Shown piece by piece: positions 49,502 to 59,332 of a stretch of 64,000 nucleotides of DNA. The notes below the pieces were generated by a model. That model did no database searches, had not been told where the DNA came from, and worked only from the letters and a program-made list of their open reading frames with translations. The stretch comes from a virus: IMG/VR virus record IMGVR_UViG_3300021963_000051, positions 1 to 64,000 of that record, one strand, 5' to 3'. Within the stretch, counting starts at the first letter, position 1. Every line of letters begins with the position of its first letter. The position numbers and the translations under genes were made by a program.

Positions 49502-50677
49502 ATGTCAAAACTTTTAAATGAAAGATGGTCAGAGACCAAAGACGCTCTGCTTGAAGGCCTACAAGGTAACCGTCGTCAATCCATGGCAGTTTGCTTGGAA
49601 AACACACGTCGTTATTTGGCTGAGGCTGCAACAGCAGGTGCAACCAGCACAGGTAACATCGCTACATTAAACCGTGTGATTCTGCCAGTAATCCGTCGTG
49701 TTATGCCAACAGTTATTGCTAACGAAATCGTTGGTGTTCAGCCAATGACAGGTCCAGTTGGTCAAATTCATACTCTACGTGTTCGTTACGCTGACAGCGG
49801 TGACGGCGTTGTAGCAGGTGAAGAAGCACTAAGCCCATTCAAGATTGCTGCTGCTTATTCTGGAAATAACGTAGATGCTACACCTAAGGCTGCTGTAACA
49901 AGCCAGTTAGAAGGTGCTCCAGGTAAGCGTATGAGCATTCAAATCTTGAAGACACCAGTTGAAGCTAAGAGCCGTAAGCTATCAGCTCGCTGGACATTCG
50001 AGGCTGCTCAAGATGCACAGGCACAACAAGGTATCGACATTGAGGCAGAAATTATGGCCGCTCTAGCTCAAGAAATTACAGCTGAGATCGACCAAGAAAT
50101 CCTAGCTTCTTTACGTGGTCTTGCTGCTGTTGAAGAAACATATGACCAGTCATTAGTTTCTGGTACAGCTACATTCGTTGGTGACGAGCACGCCGCTCTT
50201 GCTATTCAGATCAATCGTGTAAGCAACTTAATTGCTCAGCGTACACGTCGTGGTTCTGCTAACTGGGCAGTTGTTTCTAACCAAGCTCTTACAATTCTAC
50301 AGAGCGCAACAACTAGTGCTTTTGCTCGCACAACAGAAGGCACATTTGAAGCTCCAACAAACACCAAGTTTGTAGGTACATTGAATGGAGCAATGCGTGT
50401 ATATGTAGATGCATACATGAGCGACACAGTTGATAACAACCAAGTTTTAGTTGGTTATAAGGGTTCAAGCGAAGCCGATGCTGCTGCTTTCTACTGCCCA
50501 TATATTCCTCTAATGAGTTCTGGTGTTGTTCTAGATCCAGCAACATTTGAACCAGTAGTTGGCTTCTTAACACGTTATGGCTATGTTGAGCTAACAAACA
50601 CAGCTAGCTCTCTAGGTAACGCTGCTGACTATCTAGGTAAGGTTGCAATTACATCTGCTAATGTAAGCTTCAAGTAA
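49502..50677 (+). CDS. gp23: Major capsid protein
   Basis: IRRVMP..IANEIVGVQPMTGPVGQI, AKSRKLSARWTFEAAQD, EI.AEIDQEI, FYCPYIPL and TRYG; probable cleavage at YLAE/A. Confidence 0.97.
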   Translation: MSKLLNERWSETKDALLEGLQGNRRQSMAVCLENTRRYLAEAATAGATSTGNIATLNRVILPVIRRVMPTVIANEIVGVQPMTGPVGQIHTLRVRYADSGDGVVAGEEALSPFKIAAAYSGNNVDATPKAAVTSQLEGAPGKRMSIQILKTPVEAKSRKLSARWTFEAAQDAQAQQGIDIEAEIMAALAQEITAEIDQEILASLRGLAAVEETYDQSLVSGTATFVGDEHAALAIQINRVSNLIAQRTRRGSANWAVVSNQALTILQSATTSAFARTTEGTFEAPTNTKFVGTLNGAMRVYVDAYMSDTVDNNQVLVGYKGSSEADAAAFYCPYIPLMSSGVVLDPATFEPVVGFLTRYGYVELTNTASSLGNAADYLGKVAITSANVSFK

Positions 50678-50701
50678 TAGTTTATATACAGATGATACAC
50701 G

Positions 50702-50725
50702 AAGCCCGCTAAATGCGGGCTTTTT
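50702..50725 (+). terminator. Intrinsic terminator after the capsid gene
   Basis: AAGCCCGC-taaat-GCGGGCTT followed by a T run. Confidence 0.9.
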
Positions 50726-50727
50726 GT

Positions 50728-50799
50728 TAAATATAAAGTCTTTATGATTTATGCGGCACCCACCGCGTAGGGCATAGAACGCTCAATAAGGAGAAACAA
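50728..50799 (+). promoter_or_regulatory. Late promoter plus structured 5' leader of the 141-aa gene
   Basis: TAAATA at 50728-50733; nested stems TTTATG/CATAGA and TTATGCGG-caccca-CCGCGTAG; AAGGAG SD. Confidence 0.6.
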
Positions 50800-51225
50800 A
50801 TGGGACGTCCATTAAAGAAAAAATTTTTTAGCGCAAATGCTAATAATAACATTAAAGTACAATTTCATAACGGTACTTCAAGCGTAGCTGGTTACATTGT
50901 TCACCAAGTAGGTGCTCGTAGATTTCAGTGTAGTGACGGAACAAATCGAAGAGTATGTAAATTAGTGAACAAAGCCTCTGCAGCTATTGCGGCTGGGGAA
51001 ATGACCATTACAGTGAAACAAGATGATGGTACTATAGATCAAGTTCTTAAAATTTCAGGAAGAATGCTAACAACCTTAAATGCTGGTGGCAATACGATTC
51101 GTAGACCTTGGAATTTCAGTACTTCAACTAGTGACAGTTATGTGCAAGTTGAAGAAGCTGGTACTTCGACTAGCGCAGTTACAACAGCAACTGGTGCAAC
51201 CAACCTTGAAGGTGATGCTCAGTAA
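50800..51225 (+). CDS. Putative capsid-associated (decoration) protein
   Basis: MGRPLKKKFF start, YIVHQVGARRF...VCKLV; own late promoter, strong SD and terminator, directly after the capsid gene. Confidence 0.6.
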   Translation: MGRPLKKKFFSANANNNIKVQFHNGTSSVAGYIVHQVGARRFQCSDGTNRRVCKLVNKASAAIAAGEMTITVKQDDGTIDQVLKISGRMLTTLNAGGNTIRRPWNFSTSTSDSYVQVEEAGTSTSAVTTATGATNLEGDAQ

Positions 51226-51240
51226 TTCCTAAGCATCTAT

Positions 51241-51265
51241 AAAAGGGGGCTAGACCCCCTTTTTT
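51241..51265 (+). terminator. Intrinsic terminator (possibly bidirectional)
   Basis: AAAAGGGGG-ctaga-CCCCCTTTTTT. Confidence 0.9.
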
Positions 51266-51283
51266 CATAAGGTAAATAAAGGT

Positions 51284-51808
51284 ATGGCAAGTAATTGGGC
51301 TCTCCCTAACACAATTATTCAATATGCTGAATCAGGATTTGAAAATATTCATGTAGCCTGGGATAACAGCAGGCAGTTTTCACCTCTAAAAAATAAAGAC
51401 GGTATTCATACAAAGACTGTTAGAGACCTTATTCACATAGCTAGAGATCCTAAACATGACATTGTAGAAAAAACCTATTTTTTAAAACTTACAGGTTTTA
51501 ATTTTACAAACATACCTATTTTTCTATCAGGAATAGAAGTTAAGGTAACTATGAACAGATACGGTAGAATTACCGACGACGAAATAAATCTTTGCTTAAA
51601 CAATGAAACAATAGGTACAAATCAAGCAGATAGAGAATTAAGTCCTATTAAAATTTATGGTGGTCAATCTTATCTATGGGAAACAGGTTTGACTATAGCA
51701 GATTTATCAAATAGTTCTTTTGGCTGTGTATTTAGATTTCAAAGTCATCCAAATTGGCCTCATAAGTGTAGTGCGCTAATTGATGCTGTTGAGATAAGAG
51801 TTCATTAA
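51284..51808 (+). CDS. Hypothetical virion protein
   Basis: 174 aa; GFNF...I.GIEV and YGG...LW....T..D.....FG pattern; TAAATA 5 nt upstream. Confidence 0.65.
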   Translation: MASNWALPNTIIQYAESGFENIHVAWDNSRQFSPLKNKDGIHTKTVRDLIHIARDPKHDIVEKTYFLKLTGFNFTNIPIFLSGIEVKVTMNRYGRITDDEINLCLNNETIGTNQADRELSPIKIYGGQSYLWETGLTIADLSNSSFGCVFRFQSHPNWPHKCSALIDAVEIRVH

Positions 51809-51835
51809 AAAATAAATACACTGAGGATCAATTAA

Positions 51836-54800
51836 ATGGCAACCAGCGTACAACAATATCCAGGGAATCTTAAAGTATCTGTATATAACGGATTCATTGT
51901 TATTGATGCTAAAGATCAAATTTCAATAACTTCCCAATTTGGATACATAAGAACAGAAGCAGGACTCTATATTACCAACGAAGCCACTGGGGGTTATCTT
52001 AGAAATATAGCATCTCAAGAAGTCTTAATAAGATCAAATTTAAGTTATGTAGAGGTAGATGCTAATGATTATATAAGATTAACATCCAATAGTAATTATA
52101 TTCAATTAAATGCTGCTCAATACGCTAGAATTTCAGCAGGCGATTATGTAGAGTTAAAGCCTCAAAGTTATTTAAAATTTGATGTAACTACGTATCATCA
52201 AAGTCAAATAGGTGATTATTCTGTCAGTGTAATCGGGGGTTATCAAACTGTTGATGTTGCACAATATATTGAACAGTCTGCTGGTAATTATTATAAAATA
52301 TCAGCATTAGGTGGAAGAATTACATTAGAAGCTAATAGCTTTGTAGAGATTGACGCCCAACAGCAAGTCACAATTACTTCTCAAGGAAGTTTTATAAATT
52401 TAACCGCTGTATCTGTTATTGGCACAGATGCTCAAGAAATTGAATTAGGAGCTAATGATACTCAAGATGTTATTCCTAATGCAAAATTTAAAAAGGATCT
52501 CTTTGTTAGAGATTCTACAACATATGATATAGGAGCATCTGGGGAGACATGGAGAGGACTCCACATTGAAACAATTGACAGTTATGATCAAGGCAATGTT
52601 CAAAATCCTTATTTCAGAGTATTCGATCCAAATGATGTTTACGGCGCCGCAATAGGTAATGCTGGTCAAATAGCCATAGCGAATGCTCAACGAGCATCAG
52701 CACCTGTGTATTTTAGAGGTGGTGTAGGTATAGCAAAAGATTTAAATGTTGGCGGATTCATTTATGGTAGAATTGAAACAGCTAATACCAGTTTAAGTAT
52801 TAATGTAACTGCTACAAATATTGATCAAGTTTTTTACAATACCTTTGCAGTAAGTACGGGTAATCAATTTTTATTCATAGACTCTACAGGATTACAAGGA
52901 GGATATACCTATAATCCAAGTCGAGGTCTACTTACTGTTGAACGGGGGAGAGTAGTAGCTACAGATCAAAGTGTTAGTACTACAACAGGTGCATTTACTG
53001 TAACAGGCGGAGTTGGTATTGGCAAAGATGTTTATATTGGTGGCAATATTTTACCTGGAACTGCTAATACTAGCAGTATAGGCCTACAAGATTTAGAATG
53101 GGCTACAGGATTTATCAATAATTTATATTCCGAATTTATTGGGAATACCAATACTAATATAATTATGCAGCCAGATATCACTGCAAATAAAGGCAGAGTT
53201 GATATTTTCGGTGACATTAGAGTACGCGGTAAAGATCCTGTAGGAACTGCTCCAGTTGTAAGGAATACTCTATATGTCACTATGGATGGTAATGACACTA
53301 ATGATGGTAGAGCAATGGATGCCAGTCGTGCTTGCAGAACAATTAGTGGAGCTGTTAAGAGTCCGTATTACCAAGAAGGAACACAAATTCTAGTTAGTGC
53401 AGGATTTTATCTTGAAGATAATCCTATAAGGATGAAGCCTTACACTAGTATAAGAGGTAGTGATATTAGAACTACCTTTATTGAACCAATCAATAAAACG
53501 CAGGATTTATTTCATGTAGAAAGTGGTTGTTACCTAAACTATATGACCTTTTTAAATGGAAGAAGTGGCTTACTTGAAGGTCCATATGAACAGGGCTTTA
53601 ATAGAGGAGCGTATTGTACAGCATTTCCTCCATTAGAAGGTGATGACAGAATAGACTTGTTCCATAGTCCTTATATTCAAAACTGTACAAATCAAAGCGG
53701 TCCTTGGCTCAAAGACGGAACAATGTTTATACCGAATTCCACTGTACAAATTCCAAGAGCTGTAGGAACAGGAACATGGGAAGCAAACACTACAACTATA
53801 GTAGTAAAAGCTAATACAGGCACAATTGCCAAAGGCATGAGTATAAACGCAGGTAATCAAAATCCAGGATTTTTTGATGCTCGTACGTTAATGTTGGCAA
53901 ATAAGGCATTCATTCAAGAACAGGTAGTTGCTTTTGTAGATCAAACATTTAATAGTGGAAATTTTGTCTACGATCAAATTAAATGTGCTAGAGACACAGG
54001 TTTGATTTTAGAAAGTATTGCCATTGATATGCTTCAAGATAGCACAAGCGAAAGCATTTTTGCCGGCCTTCAGTACTGGAGACAGAGCGGATATGTAGAT
54101 GCTATAGGTAGTCAATTTACAGCAACAATAAATTCTATAGGATATCTAGCTACTCTTGCTGTTACTACAGCATCTAATGCAGGTGGTGGCGCACAAGGAT
54201 CTATTGTCAATCAGCGTTTTCAAAATATTTTAACAATTCTTAATACTAGTACAGCAACTTTAGCTAATGGTTCATTTAGTGAATGGATAACAAATAGTAT
54301 TGTAAGTAATGGTACCGCTACAAATAATGTCAATACTGTCTTGGCCTACAATGCTTTATTAGCCGCTAAAAATAGTTTAAAAGAAGGCGTAATATCTTAT
54401 ATAACTAGTAATTTTCCAACATTGGTATACAACTCATCTACATGTCGAAGAGATGTAGGATTTATAATAGACAGTGTAGCATTTGACCTATTACATGGCG
54501 GAAACAAACAAAGTATTAAATCTGGAGTTTACTATTTTGGCTATACTTCAACCATTAGTGAAATTAATACAGGTTCTAGTAATATTACGAATGAAATTCC
54601 ACAAACAACTGCTGCTTATAGATTCTTGAAAGGTATCGTTTCAAATGTCGTTCAAGGAATTCCTGTACCTACAAAATATCAAAATTCTATCCTACAAACT
54701 ATCGCAGGATATAACAGCGGTACTATTCATCAGGCTGAAGATTTATCAGATAGGATAGATATTATCACAGGTATAATTAGAAATGGCCCTTCTGATTATG

Positions 54801-57800
54801 CCGAAACTGGTAAACGTATTCCTATTAGTCTTGAAACAAATACTACGACGCAAGTTTCAAATGCCTATAATTTATTACAAGCTAATAAAAATTTTATAGT
54901 TGCTGAAACTATTGCTTATATTAATTCAACATCAAATTACTTCGAATATAATAGAGAAAAATGTAGACGTGATGTTGGAATTTTAGTAGAAAATATAAGT
55001 TATGATGCTACATTTGGTGGTAATGAAAAAGCTGTAGAAAGTGGACTTGCCTATTTCGATGGTGTAATAAGCAAAATTTCCGGACAAGAAGTTCAAACTA
55101 TTTCAGCTATAGATTATCTAAATTCTTTAGCTCAAAAAATAATAAGAAATCAAACCTGTACAAATCTTTTAGGATTTACTGCAACTCATGTACAAGTAAT
55201 TAATACAGCATTAACTGGAGGAGCAGTAAGTTCAGATACTATAGATTATCTATTTGATATAGTTACAACAATTATAGATAATGGTCCTACCGCAGCACCT
55301 ACCATTTATAATAGCCCAGGACCGGATAGCGCATTTGTAAGTGCTCAAACTCTTATTCAATCTAATAGAGCATTTATACAACAAGACACGATAAACTATG
55401 TTAATAATGTTTTATTACCTACTTTATATCCAGGATATTTTTCATACAGTGAAATAAAATGCCGTAGAGACACTGGATTAATTATTGATTCTATCGCTAT
55501 TGATTTATTGTATCCAACTGCGGCAAGAAGTCAAAGTACATTTGCCGGATTACAATACTGGAATCAAGATGCATATGTTGGAGCTATTGCAGATCAATTA
55601 AATCCTACTGTAGATGCTATTAAGTACCTTAAAGATCTAGCAAGAAAAATTGTCTTATGTATTACACCTAGTGATGATTTAGTTAATAGATATCAAACAG
55701 CCATTCCCCAGGTTACAAATTTAGAACCAGGAACAGATAACGAAGTAACTATTTTAAATGCTAGATTTGATGAACTTATAGAAATAGTAAACGGAAATAA
55801 ATCAGGTTGGACAAACAGAATTATTCCCAATGGAAAAACAAATAGTTTATTAAATTACAAAAATGCTTACAATCTATTAATAGCAAATAGAGCATACTTA
55901 GGTGCTGAAGTAAATGCCTATGTCCAGGCAACAAATTTTGGATTTACTTATGATACAGCCAAGTGTGCTAGAGATGTGGGATACCTCACAGAAGCTGTAG
56001 GCTTTGATATGCTTCACGGAGGAAATAGACAAACTGTTCAAAACGGTTTATATTATTACGGATTTACTTCAACTACAAACATTTATAATGAAACTACTCA
56101 GACTGTTGCTGCCTTCAACACGTTAAGTTATATCATAAGTCAAGTTGTACTTAATACTCCTGTTAATCGTAGACAGTTTAAAAAAGTTCAAACATTTTTT
56201 ACAACTACTGCTACAATAAGCGAAGTTAATTTTATTAATACTACTGTTAATACAATTACAAGCATCATTTTAAATGGACCAAGTGTAGCAGCATTACCAG
56301 CTGGTGTAGCAATGACAGCCAGTAATTCCGCAAGTGTAATCACAGCCTATGATTTAATTTATGCTAATAAAGATTTTATTATCGAAGAAGTAATTAGTTT
56401 TATAGATCAAACTTATAATGCAGGTAGATTTAACTATGATGAAGCTAAATGTTTTAGAGATGTTGGGTTAATTTTAGACGCTGTTACTCAAGATGTAATT
56501 TTAGGGGGAAATAGTAAAAGTATTGAAGCAGGATTGGCATATTGGAGTGGAGGTTATAATTCTGTAGGAGATCAAATTACCACTACAACTATGGCAATTA
56601 ATCACGCACGAGATATGGCGATCACAGTGGCTAAAAATCAAATATTTACAGCTACTACTGGTACATTACTAACGCAAAACATTATTCCATTTTTTCAATA
56701 TGGTGATGAATACGGTCCACAAGAAGCTATTCGTAGAAACTTTAATATAATTACTACTATTATAGAAAAAGGTCCTTTATATGCTCCGCCAACTTATGCT
56801 GGAGGAGGACTCTTTAGTCTTGTTGGTATTAACGGTGCAGATGTTAAGATTGCTCCTAAAGTTATTAGTGTTTCTACTATTACTACAGGCACATATAGGA
56901 TCGGGCTTGATATACCTACTATAGGATTCGGTGTTAATTCTACTCTATACTTTGGAGATACACAGATATTTCCTTTAAGAGATAAAGAAGTAGATGAGCA
57001 AAGTTTTGAATACGCAGGAAACACTTCAACATGGGCACTTAGAAAAATAGACCCAGTCGGTGGTATGGGAGGCAGTTTAGTAGATGGTGGGGTGATAAGT
57101 GATAGATCTCCTATTCAATCATTTGTGTATGATGCCTTTACTCAACTTACACAGGGCGGCCGTGGCGTTCATATCATTAGAGATGGTTATGCTCAGTTAG
57201 TTTCGGTCTTTACTATTTTTGCTTCTAAGGGTGTAGAAGTTGAAAGTGGTGGTATAGCCAGTATTGTTAACAGTAACGCTAACTTCGGAGACATCTGTTT
57301 ACAGGCTAAGGGCTTTGGCAAACGTAAATTTACAGGGCATATTTACAATCCTTCATTTAAGTCTTATCCAGAAAGTCCAAATTTAATAGGAGGGGAATAT
57401 TTAAATCAATATTATCCTAGCGGATTTTGGCCTAACAATGCGCAGGTTATGGTCTTTTTACCAGATTTAGATGATCGTCCGCACATTTCTTTAGTAATGG
57501 AGGTTATTCCTCCGGAGACTGTACGAGATTATACAGGAGAACTTGTAGCACAGGTTAATGAACAAGGCTTTCCGGGATTTTTAAATGCTAGTCCTACTAC
57601 AAGCACTTTGTCTACAGGAAGTATAACTATCTCTGGAATAGACACAACTAATATCTTTGTGGGTAACCGTGTATATGCTAGAGATCAATTTGGAAGAAGC
57701 ACAAGCTCGAATATAGATGTTAATGGTGACTGGATACCATATGTAGATGACGAGACATTTGTTACTGGGTTAGAATATCAAACAGTTACACTGAGTAAGC

Positions 57801-58894
57801 CATTATTATCGGGTGGCGCTGATCCAGATAATACTGCTTTGAGTATAAATGATAATTATTTTGATTTGTATTTTTGTGGTAATGCATATTATACAGTATT
57901 AAGTAGTGAGGTTGGATCAAATCCGCAATATGCCGGCACAGGAACAACTTTAATACCTGATGGAGAAAATATTCTATCTGCTATAAGTCTAGGTTTACCT
58001 GTTGGTCAAATTAATGAACATATAGCTACACTAAATTACCTTAATACAATCACAAATAGAGTGATAAGTAACCTTCCAGTTACAAGTTTACAGACAGGAA
58101 CAAGTACAACAACTCAATATATTAACTTGTTAGTACAAGGTGGGGGGGAAGCTACATCGTTCATAGATTTAAGGTTTGATGATTCTATAAACATCATAGG
58201 AGCAGCTAATCTTACTGCGGCAGAAGCAGTGGTTAGACCTAGTCTTAGAACTACCTCTGGAGCACCTGTACAAGGGGCAGGTAGTGCTGTCAGTTTAATA
58301 GAACAAAATATAGAATTTTTAGCAGACGAAGTCAGCGCATTTGTACGAAATAATTATTTTTCAACAAATTTTGTAACATTAAGTCAAGCAGACAAAGATA
58401 AAATTTTCTACAAGTGTCAGCGAGATACAAAAATTATTCTACAAAGATTAATATACGACATAGAAACTGGAGGCAGGTACAATATGGTAATGGTTGGTCT
58501 TAGCTATTGGAGAAGACAGGGTACCTATCATATTGTTAGTTTGGGAGAGGCAGTGACAAGAACTGATTTATTCCCAGACGGTGCTACAGTTAATTTCTAT
58601 CAAAGAAGCTATATGAGTGCCAGTGGTTACGTATTTGAATATGTAGGAGCGGGTATCGATTACGGAGCACTTCCACAGCGTGGGGTAGCAGATCCCCAAC
58701 AAGGTAGAGAAGTAGTTCAGCTAAATGCCGGTAAGGTATTCTTTACTTCAACTGATCAAAACGGTGACTTTAGAATAGGTCCAGGATTAGTTATTAGTCA
58801 AGCAACTGGTGTGCTTAGTGGTAGAACATTTACACGATCATTATTTGCTAATTTAACACCCTTTATTTTAGCTATTGAAGCAGGTGGGGGCTAA
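51836..58894 (+). CDS. Giant virion structural protein: beta-helix (pectin-lyase-like) scaffold carrying seven helical C-x-R-D repeats
   Basis: LYVTMDGNDTNDG, G.YLEDNP, IRGSDIRTT, SPYIQNCT, DAFTQ..QGG.G, YAQLVSVFTI, FEYVGAG and TSTDQNGDFRIG motifs; repeats such as KCARDTG. Confidence 0.85.
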   Translation: MATSVQQYPGNLKVSVYNGFIVIDAKDQISITSQFGYIRTEAGLYITNEATGGYLRNIASQEVLIRSNLSYVEVDANDYIRLTSNSNYIQLNAAQYARISAGDYVELKPQSYLKFDVTTYHQSQIGDYSVSVIGGYQTVDVAQYIEQSAGNYYKISALGGRITLEANSFVEIDAQQQVTITSQGSFINLTAVSVIGTDAQEIELGANDTQDVIPNAKFKKDLFVRDSTTYDIGASGETWRGLHIETIDSYDQGNVQNPYFRVFDPNDVYGAAIGNAGQIAIANAQRASAPVYFRGGVGIAKDLNVGGFIYGRIETANTSLSINVTATNIDQVFYNTFAVSTGNQFLFIDSTGLQGGYTYNPSRGLLTVERGRVVATDQSVSTTTGAFTVTGGVGIGKDVYIGGNILPGTANTSSIGLQDLEWATGFINNLYSEFIGNTNTNIIMQPDITANKGRVDIFGDIRVRGKDPVGTAPVVRNTLYVTMDGNDTNDGRAMDASRACRTISGAVKSPYYQEGTQILVSAGFYLEDNPIRMKPYTSIRGSDIRTTFIEPINKTQDLFHVESGCYLNYMTFLNGRSGLLEGPYEQGFNRGAYCTAFPPLEGDDRIDLFHSPYIQNCTNQSGPWLKDGTMFIPNSTVQIPRAVGTGTWEANTTTIVVKANTGTIAKGMSINAGNQNPGFFDARTLMLANKAFIQEQVVAFVDQTFNSGNFVYDQIKCARDTGLILESIAIDMLQDSTSESIFAGLQYWRQSGYVDAIGSQFTATINSIGYLATLAVTTASNAGGGAQGSIVNQRFQNILTILNTSTATLANGSFSEWITNSIVSNGTATNNVNTVLAYNALLAAKNSLKEGVISYITSNFPTLVYNSSTCRRDVGFIIDSVAFDLLHGGNKQSIKSGVYYFGYTSTISEINTGSSNITNEIPQTTAAYRFLKGIVSNVVQGIPVPTKYQNSILQTIAGYNSGTIHQAEDLSDRIDIITGIIRNGPSDYAETGKRIPISLETNTTTQVSNAYNLLQANKNFIVAETIAYINSTSNYFEYNREKCRRDVGILVENISYDATFGGNEKAVESGLAYFDGVISKISGQEVQTISAIDYLNSLAQKIIRNQTCTNLLGFTATHVQVINTALTGGAVSSDTIDYLFDIVTTIIDNGPTAAPTIYNSPGPDSAFVSAQTLIQSNRAFIQQDTINYVNNVLLPTLYPGYFSYSEIKCRRDTGLIIDSIAIDLLYPTAARSQSTFAGLQYWNQDAYVGAIADQLNPTVDAIKYLKDLARKIVLCITPSDDLVNRYQTAIPQVTNLEPGTDNEVTILNARFDELIEIVNGNKSGWTNRIIPNGKTNSLLNYKNAYNLLIANRAYLGAEVNAYVQATNFGFTYDTAKCARDVGYLTEAVGFDMLHGGNRQTVQNGLYYYGFTSTTNIYNETTQTVAAFNTLSYIISQVVLNTPVNRRQFKKVQTFFTTTATISEVNFINTTVNTITSIILNGPSVAALPAGVAMTASNSASVITAYDLIYANKDFIIEEVISFIDQTYNAGRFNYDEAKCFRDVGLILDAVTQDVILGGNSKSIEAGLAYWSGGYNSVGDQITTTTMAINHARDMAITVAKNQIFTATTGTLLTQNIIPFFQYGDEYGPQEAIRRNFNIITTIIEKGPLYAPPTYAGGGLFSLVGINGADVKIAPKVISVSTITTGTYRIGLDIPTIGFGVNSTLYFGDTQIFPLRDKEVDEQSFEYAGNTSTWALRKIDPVGGMGGSLVDGGVISDRSPIQSFVYDAFTQLTQGGRGVHIIRDGYAQLVSVFTIFASKGVEVESGGIASIVNSNANFGDICLQAKGFGKRKFTGHIYNPSFKSYPESPNLIGGEYLNQYYPSGFWPNNAQVMVFLPDLDDRPHISLVMEVIPPETVRDYTGELVAQVNEQGFPGFLNASPTTSTLSTGSITISGIDTTNIFVGNRVYARDQFGRSTSSNIDVNGDWIPYVDDETFVTGLEYQTVTLSKPLLSGGADPDNTALSINDNYFDLYFCGNAYYTVLSSEVGSNPQYAGTGTTLIPDGENILSAISLGLPVGQINEHIATLNYLNTITNRVISNLPVTSLQTGTSTTTQYINLLVQGGGEATSFIDLRFDDSINIIGAANLTAAEAVVRPSLRTTSGAPVQGAGSAVSLIEQNIEFLADEVSAFVRNNYFSTNFVTLSQADKDKIFYKCQRDTKIILQRLIYDIETGGRYNMVMVGLSYWRRQGTYHIVSLGEAVTRTDLFPDGATVNFYQRSYMSASGYVFEYVGAGIDYGALPQRGVADPQQGREVVQLNAGKVFFTSTDQNGDFRIGPGLVISQATGVLSGRTFTRSLFANLTPFILAIEAGGG

Positions 58895-58905
58895 AAGGAA
58901 AAATT

Positions 58906-59322
58906 ATGGCATTAATTCCATTAAATAAATTTGTTACGAAAACAGTCATTTTAAATACATCTAGTTTTTATTATAATTATTCTGGAGTGAGTACAACAAC
59001 TGTATATACCGCTCCAATTGGTGTAACTAGTATTGTATTGATGGCTCAAGTATCTAATATCAGTACAGGTACACAAGCAGTGAATTTTATTCATCACAGA
59101 AATAGACCAATTTTAGCAGACGCTCAAGGTAACGGTGCTCAACCTGCCAATGTAGATAGCTTTCTTGTTAAGAATTTTGAAATTCCTAGCGGTGATGCCG
59201 GTACTGTTTTGTCAGGTAAACTCGTAATTGAAAGTTTAGATAGTTTAAGAGCATTTGTCAGTTCTAACAACTCCAACACTGTACAACTTGTTCTAAGCGT
59301 TTTAGAAACAGCAAATAATTAA
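58906..59322 (+). CDS. Small virion structural protein
   Basis: VYTAPIGVTSIVLMAQVSN...GKLVIESLDSL...LSVLE; co-transcribed with the giant protein. Confidence 0.7.
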   Translation: MALIPLNKFVTKTVILNTSSFYYNYSGVSTTTVYTAPIGVTSIVLMAQVSNISTGTQAVNFIHHRNRPILADAQGNGAQPANVDSFLVKNFEIPSGDAGTVLSGKLVIESLDSLRAFVSSNNSNTVQLVLSVLETANN

Positions 59323-59332
59323 AGAGAAATTT

